From positions 1 to 36,930 of the forward strand of contig JAYVCH010000077.1 of assembly GCA_043750055.1 (NCBI GenBank): a stretch of DNA of 36,930 bases, read 5' to 3'. The position numbers and the translations under genes are program-made. Below the pieces are notes generated by a model. That model was not told the origin of the DNA and did no database searches. It saw only the letters and a list, made by a program, of their open reading frames with translations. Source of the DNA: Fibrobacteria bacterium (lineage in GTDB: Bacteria > Fibrobacterota > Fibrobacteria > UBA11236). This document shows positions 1-7,841 of the stretch, in pieces; position 1 is the stretch's first letter, and each line of letters opens with the position of its first letter.

Positions 1-1
1 G

Positions 2-223
2 GATTTGGTAAACTTGACGGAAAAGGAATATCTCGCTGTACATGGTGGTTATGACCATCTGAATATGTTCCGCGCTTTGGGCTTTCGAATCAAGGGTGAG
101 AAAACTGAGAATACCAAATTTGTCGCCGATGTTTTGGTTCGATATTGGGATCGACTAAAACAGCATTTAGGTGCTGATGTCCACAAAATCATTGAGGGTT
201 CGGAATCGAACGCACTCTTATAA
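2..223 (+). CDS. 3' end of a CDS that begins upstream of the window; hypothetical protein (last ~73 aa)
   Basis: The frame is open from the window edge to TAA at 221-223. A strong hairpin terminator follows. I recognise no family motif. Confidence 0.4.
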   Translation, partial: DLVNLTEKEYLAVHGGYDHLNMFRALGFRIKGEKTENTKFVADVLVRYWDRLKQHLGADVHKIIEGSESNALL

Positions 224-274
224 GTTCGTGGCCATTTTATTGGCCTGTTTATTGGCCACTTATCGAATTCGCAA

Positions 275-320
275 AATGGGGGCTCAGTTTGATGAGCCCC
301 CATTGTTATATATATTCTTC
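275..320 (+). terminator. Rho-independent terminator candidate
   Basis: Perfect 11-12 bp GC-rich stem (aATGGGGGCTCA, loop gtttga, TGAGCCCCCATt at 275-304). A T-rich tail (tgttatatatattcttc) follows. It lies 50 nt after the stop of the upstream + strand CDS. Confidence 0.6.
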
Positions 321-331
321 CCAACTTTAAT
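303..331 (+). promoter_or_regulatory. Sigma70-like promoter candidate for the topoisomerase III gene
   Basis: TTGTTA (303-308), a 17-nt spacer, then TTTAAT (326-331). AGGAA at 340-344 lies 5 nt before the TTG start at 350. Confidence 0.3.
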
Positions 332-349
332 ACTAACCTAGGAACTCCA

Positions 350-2929
350 TTGGCCGGTGATACCGCTAAAACCCTTATTATAGCGGAGAAACCCAGTGTC
401 GCAGGCGATATTGTCAAAGCTTTGCCTGAAAAATTCGAAAAACTGGACACCTATTACGAGAGTCCAACTTATATCGTTTCGTTTGCCATTGGCCATCTAG
501 TCAGCATCGCGAATCCGAAGGAAATGGACGAACGGCTTAAGGAATGGAGCCTCAATAACCTTCCTATTATCCCGGAAAAATTTGTCATTGCAGCACTGCC
601 CAAAACTAAATCGCAATTAGCGACGTTGGGAAAACTTCTACGAAGAAAAGATGTTAAAGAAATCATCAATGCTTGTGACGCTGGTCGCGAAGGCGAATTA
701 ATCTTCCGCTATATTCTTCAATATGTTTCTGAGTCCAAACCTGTCAAAGGCCGCATACGCAGGTTATGGCTGCAAAGTATGACTAAAACCGCTATTGAAA
801 CGGGATTCAAAACCTTGAGGTCCGATGAGGAGATGCAACATCTTGCTCAAGCGGCCATGTGCCGTTCAGAAGCGGACTGGTTGATTGGAATCAATGGGTC
901 GCGAGCTTTAACTGGCTATCGGTCCCAATGGGGCGGCTTCTTCCTGACGCCCTGCGGCCGTGTGCAAACTCCGACTTTGTCCATGTTGGTGCGGAGGGAA
1001 TGGGAACGAGAAAAATTTATTCCCAAGGATTATTGGGAAGTTCATGCGGACTTCGCGATTGCCAATGCCAAAGAGGGAAAGGATGGGGAATATCAGGGTC
1101 GCTGGTTTGACCATGATTTCAAGCGTAAAGAAGAAGGAGAAGATAACCGAACTGAACGAATTTGGGATGCAACCCGAGCTAATGATATCCTCGCAAAATG
1201 CCAAGGAAAACGGGCGAGTGTAACTGACACCCAAAAGCCTTCGTCGCAAGGCGCACCATCCCTCTATGACTTAACGAGTTTGCAACGCGATGCGAATGCT
1301 CGTTTTGGTTTTTCAGCTAAGAATACTCTTGGGTTGGCGCAAGTCCTTTATGAAAGACATAAAGTGCTCACCTATCCTAGAACCGATAGCAGATATCTTC
1401 CCAACGATTATCTTGAAGTAGCTCAAGGATTGATGGTAAGCCTCAAGGATGGCGAGTTCGGTCGATTCGCTACCGAGGCATTGGAAAAGAACTTTGTGAA
1501 AATGGACAAACGCATTTTTGATGAAACTAAGGTTTCCGATCACCATGCTATCATCCCAACAAATGTGATTCCAACCGAGCTTTCCGAACCAGAGCATAAA
1601 ATTTATCAGGCCGTTGTACAGCGCTTCTTGGGTGTCTTTTTCCCCCCTGCTCGATTTTTGAATACCTCTCGCATTACGATTGTTGAGGGAGAATATTTCA
1701 AAACGGAGGGTAAGGTTTTAGAGGAAGCGGGATGGAAAGCCATTTATGGGGTGGACAAAAAGGAAGAGGAAATCCTCGCACCAATTACGGCGGATGCGAA
1801 ATACAGCGCCAAAGAGGTGACCTTAAAGCAAGAAGCCACCAAGCCTCCGGCTAGGTTAAACGAAAGCACCCTGCTGTCCTTTATGGAAAACGCAGGGAAA
1901 TATGTTGAGGATGAAGAACTTTCTGGAGCAATGAAAGAACGTGGCCTGGGTACACCTGCCACGCGTGCAGCCGTTATCGAAGGATTGCTTTACGATAAGT
2001 ATATCGTTCGTGAAGGCAAAGAATTGGTCCCCACCGCCAAAGGCTCCGACCTGATGCGGCTTTTGTCCGCTATGGGTATCGAAGAATTAGTTTCACCGGA
2101 ATTAACTGGAGAGTGGGAACATAAATTAAACCGCATTGAACATGGATTGTATACTCGACCTGAATTCATGAAGGAAACGGTTGATCTCGCAAAGAGTATA
2201 GTGGTTAAGATCAAAGGTTACGATGAAGTCAAGGATCGTAAGCTTGCGCCTTTTAAAAGCCCAATTGATGGGCAAAATATGTATGACTCCTTGACTCGTT
2301 ATGAATCTGAAGATGGCGAACTGATGGTGCGTAAAGTCCTCGGTGGCCGTCAAATGAGTGAAGCCGAAATCATAGAACTCTTGACGAATAGACAGATTGG
2401 ACCCCTTCAGGGTTTCCGCAGTAAAATGGGTAAACCGTTTAATGCCGCCTTGAAGATCAATGAAAAGAATAAAGTTGAATTTGTATTCGACGATAGCACC
2501 AATGGTCCTGACGGAAAGCCGTTAGACTTGGCCACGGAAGCGCCAATTGGCATTTCACCAGTGGATGGAACTAAGGTTTATGAAACCTTAACGGGATACT
2601 CTTCCGAAAGTGCCATTAACGGAGATGCGAAAAAGGGACTGAAGATCAATAAAATGATCCTTGGCAAATTATTGGATCGAGAGCTGATTCAAAAACTTCT
2701 GACAGGTGAACGGACGGATTTGATTAAGGGATTCCAATCTTCTAAAACCCGCCGCTTCTTTGATGCGTACTTGAAGTTATCCAAAGATGGCAAGATTTCT
2801 TTTGAGTTTCCACCCCGGGAATTCAAGGGTCGTGGCAAGAAAAAAGCCATGGATTCCGATACGGATTCCGCCGCGTCCCAAAGCGACTCCGCTGCTGCCG
2901 TCTCCCCAAGCGACCCCGCAGTGGGTTAA
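350..2929 (+). CDS. topB: DNA topoisomerase III (type IA) with two C-terminal topoisomerase repeats and an acidic Ser/Asp tail
   Basis: 859-aa ORF. It has the TOPRIM N-terminus IIAEKPSVAGDI, DAGREGELIF, RVQTPTLSML and the catalytic Tyr motif YPRTDSRYL. Two C-terminal repeat copies are present (GFRSKMGKPFNAALKINEKNKVEFVF and GFQSSKTRRFFDAYLKLSKDGKISFEF). TTG is the only start available. Confidence 0.9.
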   Translation: MAGDTAKTLIIAEKPSVAGDIVKALPEKFEKLDTYYESPTYIVSFAIGHLVSIANPKEMDERLKEWSLNNLPIIPEKFVIAALPKTKSQLATLGKLLRRKDVKEIINACDAGREGELIFRYILQYVSESKPVKGRIRRLWLQSMTKTAIETGFKTLRSDEEMQHLAQAAMCRSEADWLIGINGSRALTGYRSQWGGFFLTPCGRVQTPTLSMLVRREWEREKFIPKDYWEVHADFAIANAKEGKDGEYQGRWFDHDFKRKEEGEDNRTERIWDATRANDILAKCQGKRASVTDTQKPSSQGAPSLYDLTSLQRDANARFGFSAKNTLGLAQVLYERHKVLTYPRTDSRYLPNDYLEVAQGLMVSLKDGEFGRFATEALEKNFVKMDKRIFDETKVSDHHAIIPTNVIPTELSEPEHKIYQAVVQRFLGVFFPPARFLNTSRITIVEGEYFKTEGKVLEEAGWKAIYGVDKKEEEILAPITADAKYSAKEVTLKQEATKPPARLNESTLLSFMENAGKYVEDEELSGAMKERGLGTPATRAAVIEGLLYDKYIVREGKELVPTAKGSDLMRLLSAMGIEELVSPELTGEWEHKLNRIEHGLYTRPEFMKETVDLAKSIVVKIKGYDEVKDRKLAPFKSPIDGQNMYDSLTRYESEDGELMVRKVLGGRQMSEAEIIELLTNRQIGPLQGFRSKMGKPFNAALKINEKNKVEFVFDDSTNGPDGKPLDLATEAPIGISPVDGTKVYETLTGYSSESAINGDAKKGLKINKMILGKLLDRELIQKLLTGERTDLIKGFQSSKTRRFFDAYLKLSKDGKISFEFPPREFKGRGKKKAMDSDTDSAASQSDSAAAVSPSDPAVG

Positions 2930-2940
2930 TCACCAGCTAC

Positions 2941-2976
2941 GGGTTAAAAACCTGCCAAGGGTTAAAAACCCGCCAC
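2941..2976. repeat. Tandem 18-bp direct repeat, 2 copies, 16/18 identical
   Basis: GGGTTAAAAACCTGCCAA (2941-2958) and GGGTTAAAAACCCGCCAC (2959-2976). It lies in the convergent gap between topB and the methyltransferase gene. Confidence 0.6.
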
Positions 2977-2993
2977 GTCCCTAATTTCGATTT

Positions 2994-3902
2994 TTAAATT
3001 GCGTCGAAAACGGAAGTAAAATAACCTCCCGTTTTGTCGGATGGATCCTGGGTTTGATGAAAGACATCCATAATCACTTGCGACCGCTTAAATCGATTAG
3101 ACCGATATCGAAAAAAAGTTTGGCAGCGTAGAGTTTTGACGGGTTCAACTAATGCGCCTTCAACAAACAAGGATCGCATGAGGGTGAGATGGCTTAATTC
3201 ATCTCGGTGGGCATTGGCATAATCCACCTTGAAGCATACACCGTTTTTTTTGAGGAGGTGACGCAAGTTTCGACTGATGACACGGTCCGTCATCAATCCT
3301 TCGTACATTTCCTCCGGGTTTAAGGTAGCCACTTCGTCTTCGGGATCCATTTCGCGCAAGCGGGCCAAAATTTTTCCAACATTCACATCTTCGCGTTTTT
3401 TATAACCGTGTTTGTCATAATAATCTTGATCGTTCGGCGCCGGAGTGAGATTTGGAAAAACAAAAACTAAGGCATCGGCTTTCCCTTTGGGTAAAGAAAA
3501 GTTGGGAAGGCTTGTTTGCACTAACCGAATTCTCGGTCCGGATTTCGAAAAGGAATCTTTTGCAGAGACCACTCCAGCATCCAAGCCAAGTTTTTCCATG
3601 CGCAAACGCGCTTGTTCCAACATTTTTCGGGATCCATCCAAGGCTACTATTCGAGCTTTTGGAAACCGTTGAGCCAAGCTCGCTAAAAAATGACCGCTGC
3701 CACAAGCATAGTCAACGAGCCATTTGGGTTTACGAAGCCCACTTTTGGGAAGTACTTCATCGACATATTCAGCGACTGCGCTATAGGCTTTACGGTGAGA
3801 ACCGTTGGAAGCTTGCTTATCCCACCAATCACCAATAGCGGAGTCATAGGACTTATGGCCTTTTAGAAAAAGCTTGTCGAAGTCAATTTGTTTCTTACTC
3901 AT
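2994..3902 (-). CDS. Class I SAM-dependent methyltransferase, substrate unknown
   Basis: Motif I VDYACGSGHF followed by IVALDGS. The ORF track starts at TTG 3929. I prefer ATG at 3902 (MSKKQIDF), which overlaps the rluD stop by 8 nt (cATGAGTAAg). Confidence 0.75.
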   Translation of the reverse strand: MSKKQIDFDKLFLKGHKSYDSAIGDWWDKQASNGSHRKAYSAVAEYVDEVLPKSGLRKPKWLVDYACGSGHFLASLAQRFPKARIVALDGSRKMLEQARLRMEKLGLDAGVVSAKDSFSKSGPRIRLVQTSLPNFSLPKGKADALVFVFPNLTPAPNDQDYYDKHGYKKREDVNVGKILARLREMDPEDEVATLNPEEMYEGLMTDRVISRNLRHLLKKNGVCFKVDYANAHRDELSHLTLMRSLFVEGALVEPVKTLRCQTFFRYRSNRFKRSQVIMDVFHQTQDPSDKTGGYFTSVFDAI

Positions 3903-4893
3903 GTTGCTTAAACTGTTGAAGAAAGGCAAGCGCTTCCTGCATTTCCTTGGGAAGTGGGCTTTCGAATTGCATGCGTTCTCCTGTTACCGGGTGAAGGAAG
4001 GAAAGTTGGTGGGCATGCAAAGCTTGAGTGGGGAAGTAGGACAATAACTTTGTGGCATAGGGGTGTAATATGGGCTGCACACTGTGAAGAAAAGATTGCC
4101 GGCCGCCGTAGGTAGGATCACCGACGACAGGATGGTTGATATAGGCCATGTGCACACGAATCTGATGGGTACGACCGGTATCGAGGGTCAGCTCCAAGTA
4201 GGAAGCGAATTGGTGGAATCCCAGAACTTTGAAATGAGTCAAGGCGCGCTTGCCACCTGCATGGACACCCATTTTCAAAGGGTCTCGTGGATTTCTCGCT
4301 ATCGGTTGATCCACGCTTCCTTCCAACTCAGATAGTTCACGCCAGACTAAAGCATGATAGACACGGTGAATATCCCGAGCTTCTAATTGACGAGCCAGGT
4401 TGAGATGGGTCGCATTATTTTTGGCGACGACTAAAAGTCCCGAGGTGTCTTTGTCTAATCGGTGCAAGATTCCAGGCCGCATGGGACCGTTGATGTCAGA
4501 AAGGTTGGGGTAGCGAAAAGCCAAGGCATTGGCGAGAGTTCCAGAATGAACCCCGTTTCCAGGATGGGTTATCATTCCTTTAGGCTTGTCCACCACCACC
4601 ACATGCTCGTCTTCATAGGCTATGGGGAAGGAAATATCTTCCGGAGTCAGCGTGGTGATTTCAAGTTCAGGGGCTAGCACAACGGCTACCGAATCCCCAG
4701 GTTTTACAAAATCCTTTTTTCGAGCGATCGTTCCATTGATCGCAAAACAACCTTGTTCGATCCATTTTTGGATTCGATTGCGAGAGAGGTCGGGAGCTTT
4801 TGTTCCCAGGAAATGGTCCAGTCGAGATGGGGGTGCATCCGTATCACAAGTCCAGCTAGAGCCGAGTTGAAAATTTGAAACTGGCGGCCTCAG
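3895..4893 (-). CDS. rluD: RluA-family 23S rRNA pseudouridine synthase (RluD-like), S4 domain plus catalytic domain; start codon unresolved
   Basis: S4-like RLDHFLG...IQKWIEQGCFAINGT, catalytic HRLDKDTSGLLVVAKN, and GRTHQIRVHMA. The ORF-track ATG at 5016 adds about 40 Trp/Cys-rich junk residues and overlaps lspA by 127 nt. No ATG/GTG/TTG lies between 5016 and the S4 domain. CTG at 4893-4891 overlaps the lspA TGA. Confidence 0.8.
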   Translation of the reverse strand: MRPPVSNFQLGSSWTCDTDAPPSRLDHFLGTKAPDLSRNRIQKWIEQGCFAINGTIARKKDFVKPGDSVAVVLAPELEITTLTPEDISFPIAYEDEHVVVVDKPKGMITHPGNGVHSGTLANALAFRYPNLSDINGPMRPGILHRLDKDTSGLLVVAKNNATHLNLARQLEARDIHRVYHALVWRELSELEGSVDQPIARNPRDPLKMGVHAGGKRALTHFKVLGFHQFASYLELTLDTGRTHQIRVHMAYINHPVVGDPTYGGRQSFLHSVQPILHPYATKLLSYFPTQALHAHQLSFLHPVTGERMQFESPLPKEMQEALAFLQQFKQHE

Positions 4894-5519
4894 GATCCTG
4901 CGCTGGATGCGCCGTTGTCTCCAGTAGCCGTAGCACCAGAGGAAGGAAGAGATGACGCAGATTGCGATTTGCTCATAAAGAATGGAGCTAGCATAATTAG
5001 GGTAACACCAACACAAACACAGCTGTCAGCTACGTTAAAGGTGGGCCAACGAATGGGATAGGAGGGAATGCCTACGTCGATGAAATCGGTGACCTTGTGA
5101 AACTTTAATCTATCCACCAAATTGCCTAAGGCACCGGATAAAATTAATGCAACTCCCGTTTTTTGCAACACTTCTAGGGGTCGGAGTTTAGCATAATAAT
5201 ACACGAGGACTCCAATGGCGACGCTTGAAAAAAGGACATAGAAAACCGTTGGATTCAAAAAAGGGAGTACGGATTGTGGACGCAATCCAAATGCGGCTCC
5301 GGTATTGTAGACTAGTCGGAATTGTACCCATTCGCCCAAAACCTGTTTGATATGAAAATAATCAGGTTCGCCTCCTGGAAGGCCAAAATTTTTTCTCGCC
5401 ATATATTTGCTTACCTGGTCGGCAATCAATGCCACCACCACAAGTAGTAACCGCCCCAAATCACCCGTCATCGGATTGCTGAGTTTTTTTTGAACGGTAT
5501 TCTGAGAGTCGGGGTTCAT
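4890..5519 (-). CDS. lspA: Lipoprotein signal peptidase II
   Basis: 209 aa and multi-TM, with LspA motifs NTGAAFG and FNVADS. The ATG overlaps the upstream gene's stop (ATGA at 5516-5519). It has a Ser/Gly/Ala-rich C-terminal tail. Confidence 0.85.
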   Translation of the reverse strand: MNPDSQNTVQKKLSNPMTGDLGRLLLVVVALIADQVSKYMARKNFGLPGGEPDYFHIKQVLGEWVQFRLVYNTGAAFGLRPQSVLPFLNPTVFYVLFSSVAIGVLVYYYAKLRPLEVLQKTGVALILSGALGNLVDRLKFHKVTDFIDVGIPSYPIRWPTFNVADSCVCVGVTLIMLAPFFMSKSQSASSLPSSGATATGDNGASSAGS

Positions 5520-6706
5520 GAATGGGCTCCGAGGGCTACGGAACCATTGGGTCCGGGTTGTAGCGTGGCTGTGGAACTTTCCACTCTTTTAAGCTGAGTA
5601 TCAAGTCCCTGCATTGTTTTTTGGAACATGGCATGAAGCCACTGATTCGACCAACAAGCGAGACTGGTTTGCCGCACAATTTTTTTCACTTGCGCCCGAC
5701 TGATTTTCATTTTCACAGTTCCGTCGATTCCATCCAGGTTGTTGGCAAGCATGGCAATTGTTTCCAATGCCATAAAAAGTGGCCAAAGACAAAAAAGTCG
5801 AAGCCTCGGTTCCATGCGTGGAAGAAGGCATGTGTATTCCAAGGCATCGGTAAGGTGTATTTTAGTCTTGCGAATCAGTTTAGCCATAATCCTGGCGGAG
5901 GCCAAATGACCTTCAGGTTCAAGAAAGGCGCGCTCGGTCAGATTCTCCTCCCGAAGCATGGACAAGGGGATATAGGAAATGTTTCGTTGTCGATCGTCGG
6001 AAATGTCTTTGAGAATGTTGGTTAATTGCAATCCTAGACCAAACGAGACGGACAATTGTTTGAGTTGAAGCGCCCGTTTTTTACTGATGAGTTTGGAATG
6101 GTAAGCGAATAAATCACATAACATATTTCCCACTGTCCCAGCAACGTAGTAGCAGTATCGATTCAGGTCCTCAACCGTTTCAACTAACACAGGTGCAGCG
6201 CTATTTTCCATTTGTTTTTTAGTGAATTGAACCATTCCTTCGGTCATTTCACGAACGCAGGTAGAAATGGCCTTTATGACATCGGCCGAAAATTGGTTTA
6301 GGAGTGGAAATATCCAGCGGCAGTGGGCCACTAAAAGCGGATCCCATTTTTCGGATTGAGACCATTCTTTTGGCAGAGAGGCGATAAAGGTCGCAAGTTG
6401 ACTTTCCCAATGAGGCCCAGGCGGAAACAAGGTTGCGAACTCCTTGAGAAGGGAAATTTTCCGATTTCGTTCCAAGGTTGCATCATCCTCCAGCGTATCG
6501 GCGATTCGACAAAAGAGATATGCTAACAGAACTTGTTTTCGCAACCCAGATGGCAACACTTGAATGTTGAGGGCAAAAGTTCTCGATGTTTTTAAGAGCA
6601 TGAATTCGGCAAATTGGATGGGAGAATCAATCCGATTTTCATCAAGAGCACTACGCCATGCTGAATCGGTTTTTGAGTCCAAGGAAACAGGAGGGACTAG
6701 GAACAT
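5516..6706 (-). CDS. Squalene synthase (farnesyl-diphosphate farnesyltransferase, eukaryote-like SQS type) / squalene-phytoene synthase family
   Basis: 396 aa. Motifs are SRTFALNIQVL, the first Asp-rich motif FCRIADTLEDD, YCYYVAGTVGNML and LQLTNILKDISDDRQRN, all in the order typical of SQS. Confidence 0.75.
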   Translation of the reverse strand: MFLVPPVSLDSKTDSAWRSALDENRIDSPIQFAEFMLLKTSRTFALNIQVLPSGLRKQVLLAYLFCRIADTLEDDATLERNRKISLLKEFATLFPPGPHWESQLATFIASLPKEWSQSEKWDPLLVAHCRWIFPLLNQFSADVIKAISTCVREMTEGMVQFTKKQMENSAAPVLVETVEDLNRYCYYVAGTVGNMLCDLFAYHSKLISKKRALQLKQLSVSFGLGLQLTNILKDISDDRQRNISYIPLSMLREENLTERAFLEPEGHLASARIMAKLIRKTKIHLTDALEYTCLLPRMEPRLRLFCLWPLFMALETIAMLANNLDGIDGTVKMKISRAQVKKIVRQTSLACWSNQWLHAMFQKTMQGLDTQLKRVESSTATLQPGPNGSVALGAHS

Positions 6707-6823
6707 GACAACACGTTGGAAACGTGTGGAAAGGATGGCATGGAGAAATGATAAAAAAAAAGCCTCTGCCCTTAAATGAAACGGGGGTTTAAGCTGAATA
6801 TTGAGCCCTTAATTCGGTAAATT

Positions 6824-7399
6824 TCATGTTTGCACAGGCTCGTTGATATGCGTCTCTTTGCGCGATTTACGAGAAAGTTTGGCTTGGTCACCGAGGGTTT
6901 TAATCAACGAACCCTCTTCGTCAGCCTTTCGGAGCAGATTTTGATGTTGATAGGCCGCTAGACTTTTAAAAGCGGCTTCTCCCATATCCTTGCCTTCGCT
7001 TTCCAATTTGGTTCTCAGTTCATCGTGTAAATGATAATAGGTATCCTCTTGCTGTCGATACCGGATTTGGAGCCACATGGAATCAAGGCGCATAACGATA
7101 ACGGTAACGGCTACGCCATAAGCCATATACCAAACACCGCCAGTCTTGGGAGAATAGAAATTGACCAGGAAAATACCCGTGGCGACCAAGCAAAATAAAA
7201 TGGCTTTGGAAACAAAGCGAATTTGAACTTTGTAGCCACCTTTCCACCGGAGTGGGATATAGACCCAGGGCTTTCCTTTTTTCAGGTTTTTTTCAAAGGA
7301 GATGGGATAAGCAATAAATTGGCACCAGGCCCAATGTAAGCACACCAGAGAAATAAGAATTACCCAAGCGATGTATTGGTATTGAAATTTTAAGGTCAT
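6824..7399 (-). CDS. Hypothetical membrane protein (about 3 TM segments plus a charged helical C-terminus)
   Basis: 191-aa ORF with hydrophobic segments (IAWVILISLVCL, ILFCLVATGIFLV, VWYMAYGVAVTVIVM). It is divergent from dnaA. I recognise no family. Confidence 0.55.
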   Translation of the reverse strand: MTLKFQYQYIAWVILISLVCLHWAWCQFIAYPISFEKNLKKGKPWVYIPLRWKGGYKVQIRFVSKAILFCLVATGIFLVNFYSPKTGGVWYMAYGVAVTVIVMRLDSMWLQIRYRQQEDTYYHLHDELRTKLESEGKDMGEAAFKSLAAYQHQNLLRKADEEGSLIKTLGDQAKLSRKSRKETHINEPVQT

Positions 7400-7841
7400 G
7401 GTTGGATGCGCATTCCGTTTGAATTCAATTCTAATTTAGGGCGAAGGCCGAAACAAGGGAAGAGAGAGGAAAGTTGCAGCCAGGGTCTTTTCTATACTGG
7501 ACTTAAAATAACCTGATTTACAGTTAAACCGCAATTATTGGTGAACAAAATGTTGAAAACCCTGCATGCCCCTTCATTATTGGGCTGCAGCTTTAGGTAT
7601 CGAACATTAAGTCTTTAAAAATCAATAGAAAAGGCATCGTGATTCATGCGTTTTTTCTTCAAAATCCTGACCAATTCTCTTGCTTAACTGCCCGATGAGT
7701 TGACTATATTTCCCTCCAATTCAGGCCCAAAAGGTTTCCAAATATGCAGCGTGATATGCGCCTCTCAAAACCTTCTGGAAACTTTTTGAAAACCGCATTT
7801 CAGCTTGGGTTTAATTCCCACCTGATTTTAGGGGTGGATCC

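Noticed and set aside
4894-5016. ATG at 5016 as the rluD start, as given in the ORF track
   Set aside because: It would overlap lspA by 127 nt. It would also add a Trp/Cys-rich, non-protein-like N-terminus well beyond the usual length ahead of the S4 domain.
6753-6775. A9 run (T9 on the minus strand) next to GC-rich GCCTCTGCCC, considered as an intrinsic terminator for the 6824-7399 gene
   Set aside because: I could not find a complementary arm for the GC-rich segment. Only a 6-bp AT-rich CTTAAA/TTTAAG pairing exists nearby, so a canonical hairpin is not supported.
7833-7841. GGTGGATCC as a DnaA box abutting the dnaA start
   Set aside because: It matches TGTGGATAA at only 6 of 9 positions, it is a single copy, and it doubles as the likely ribosome-binding site.
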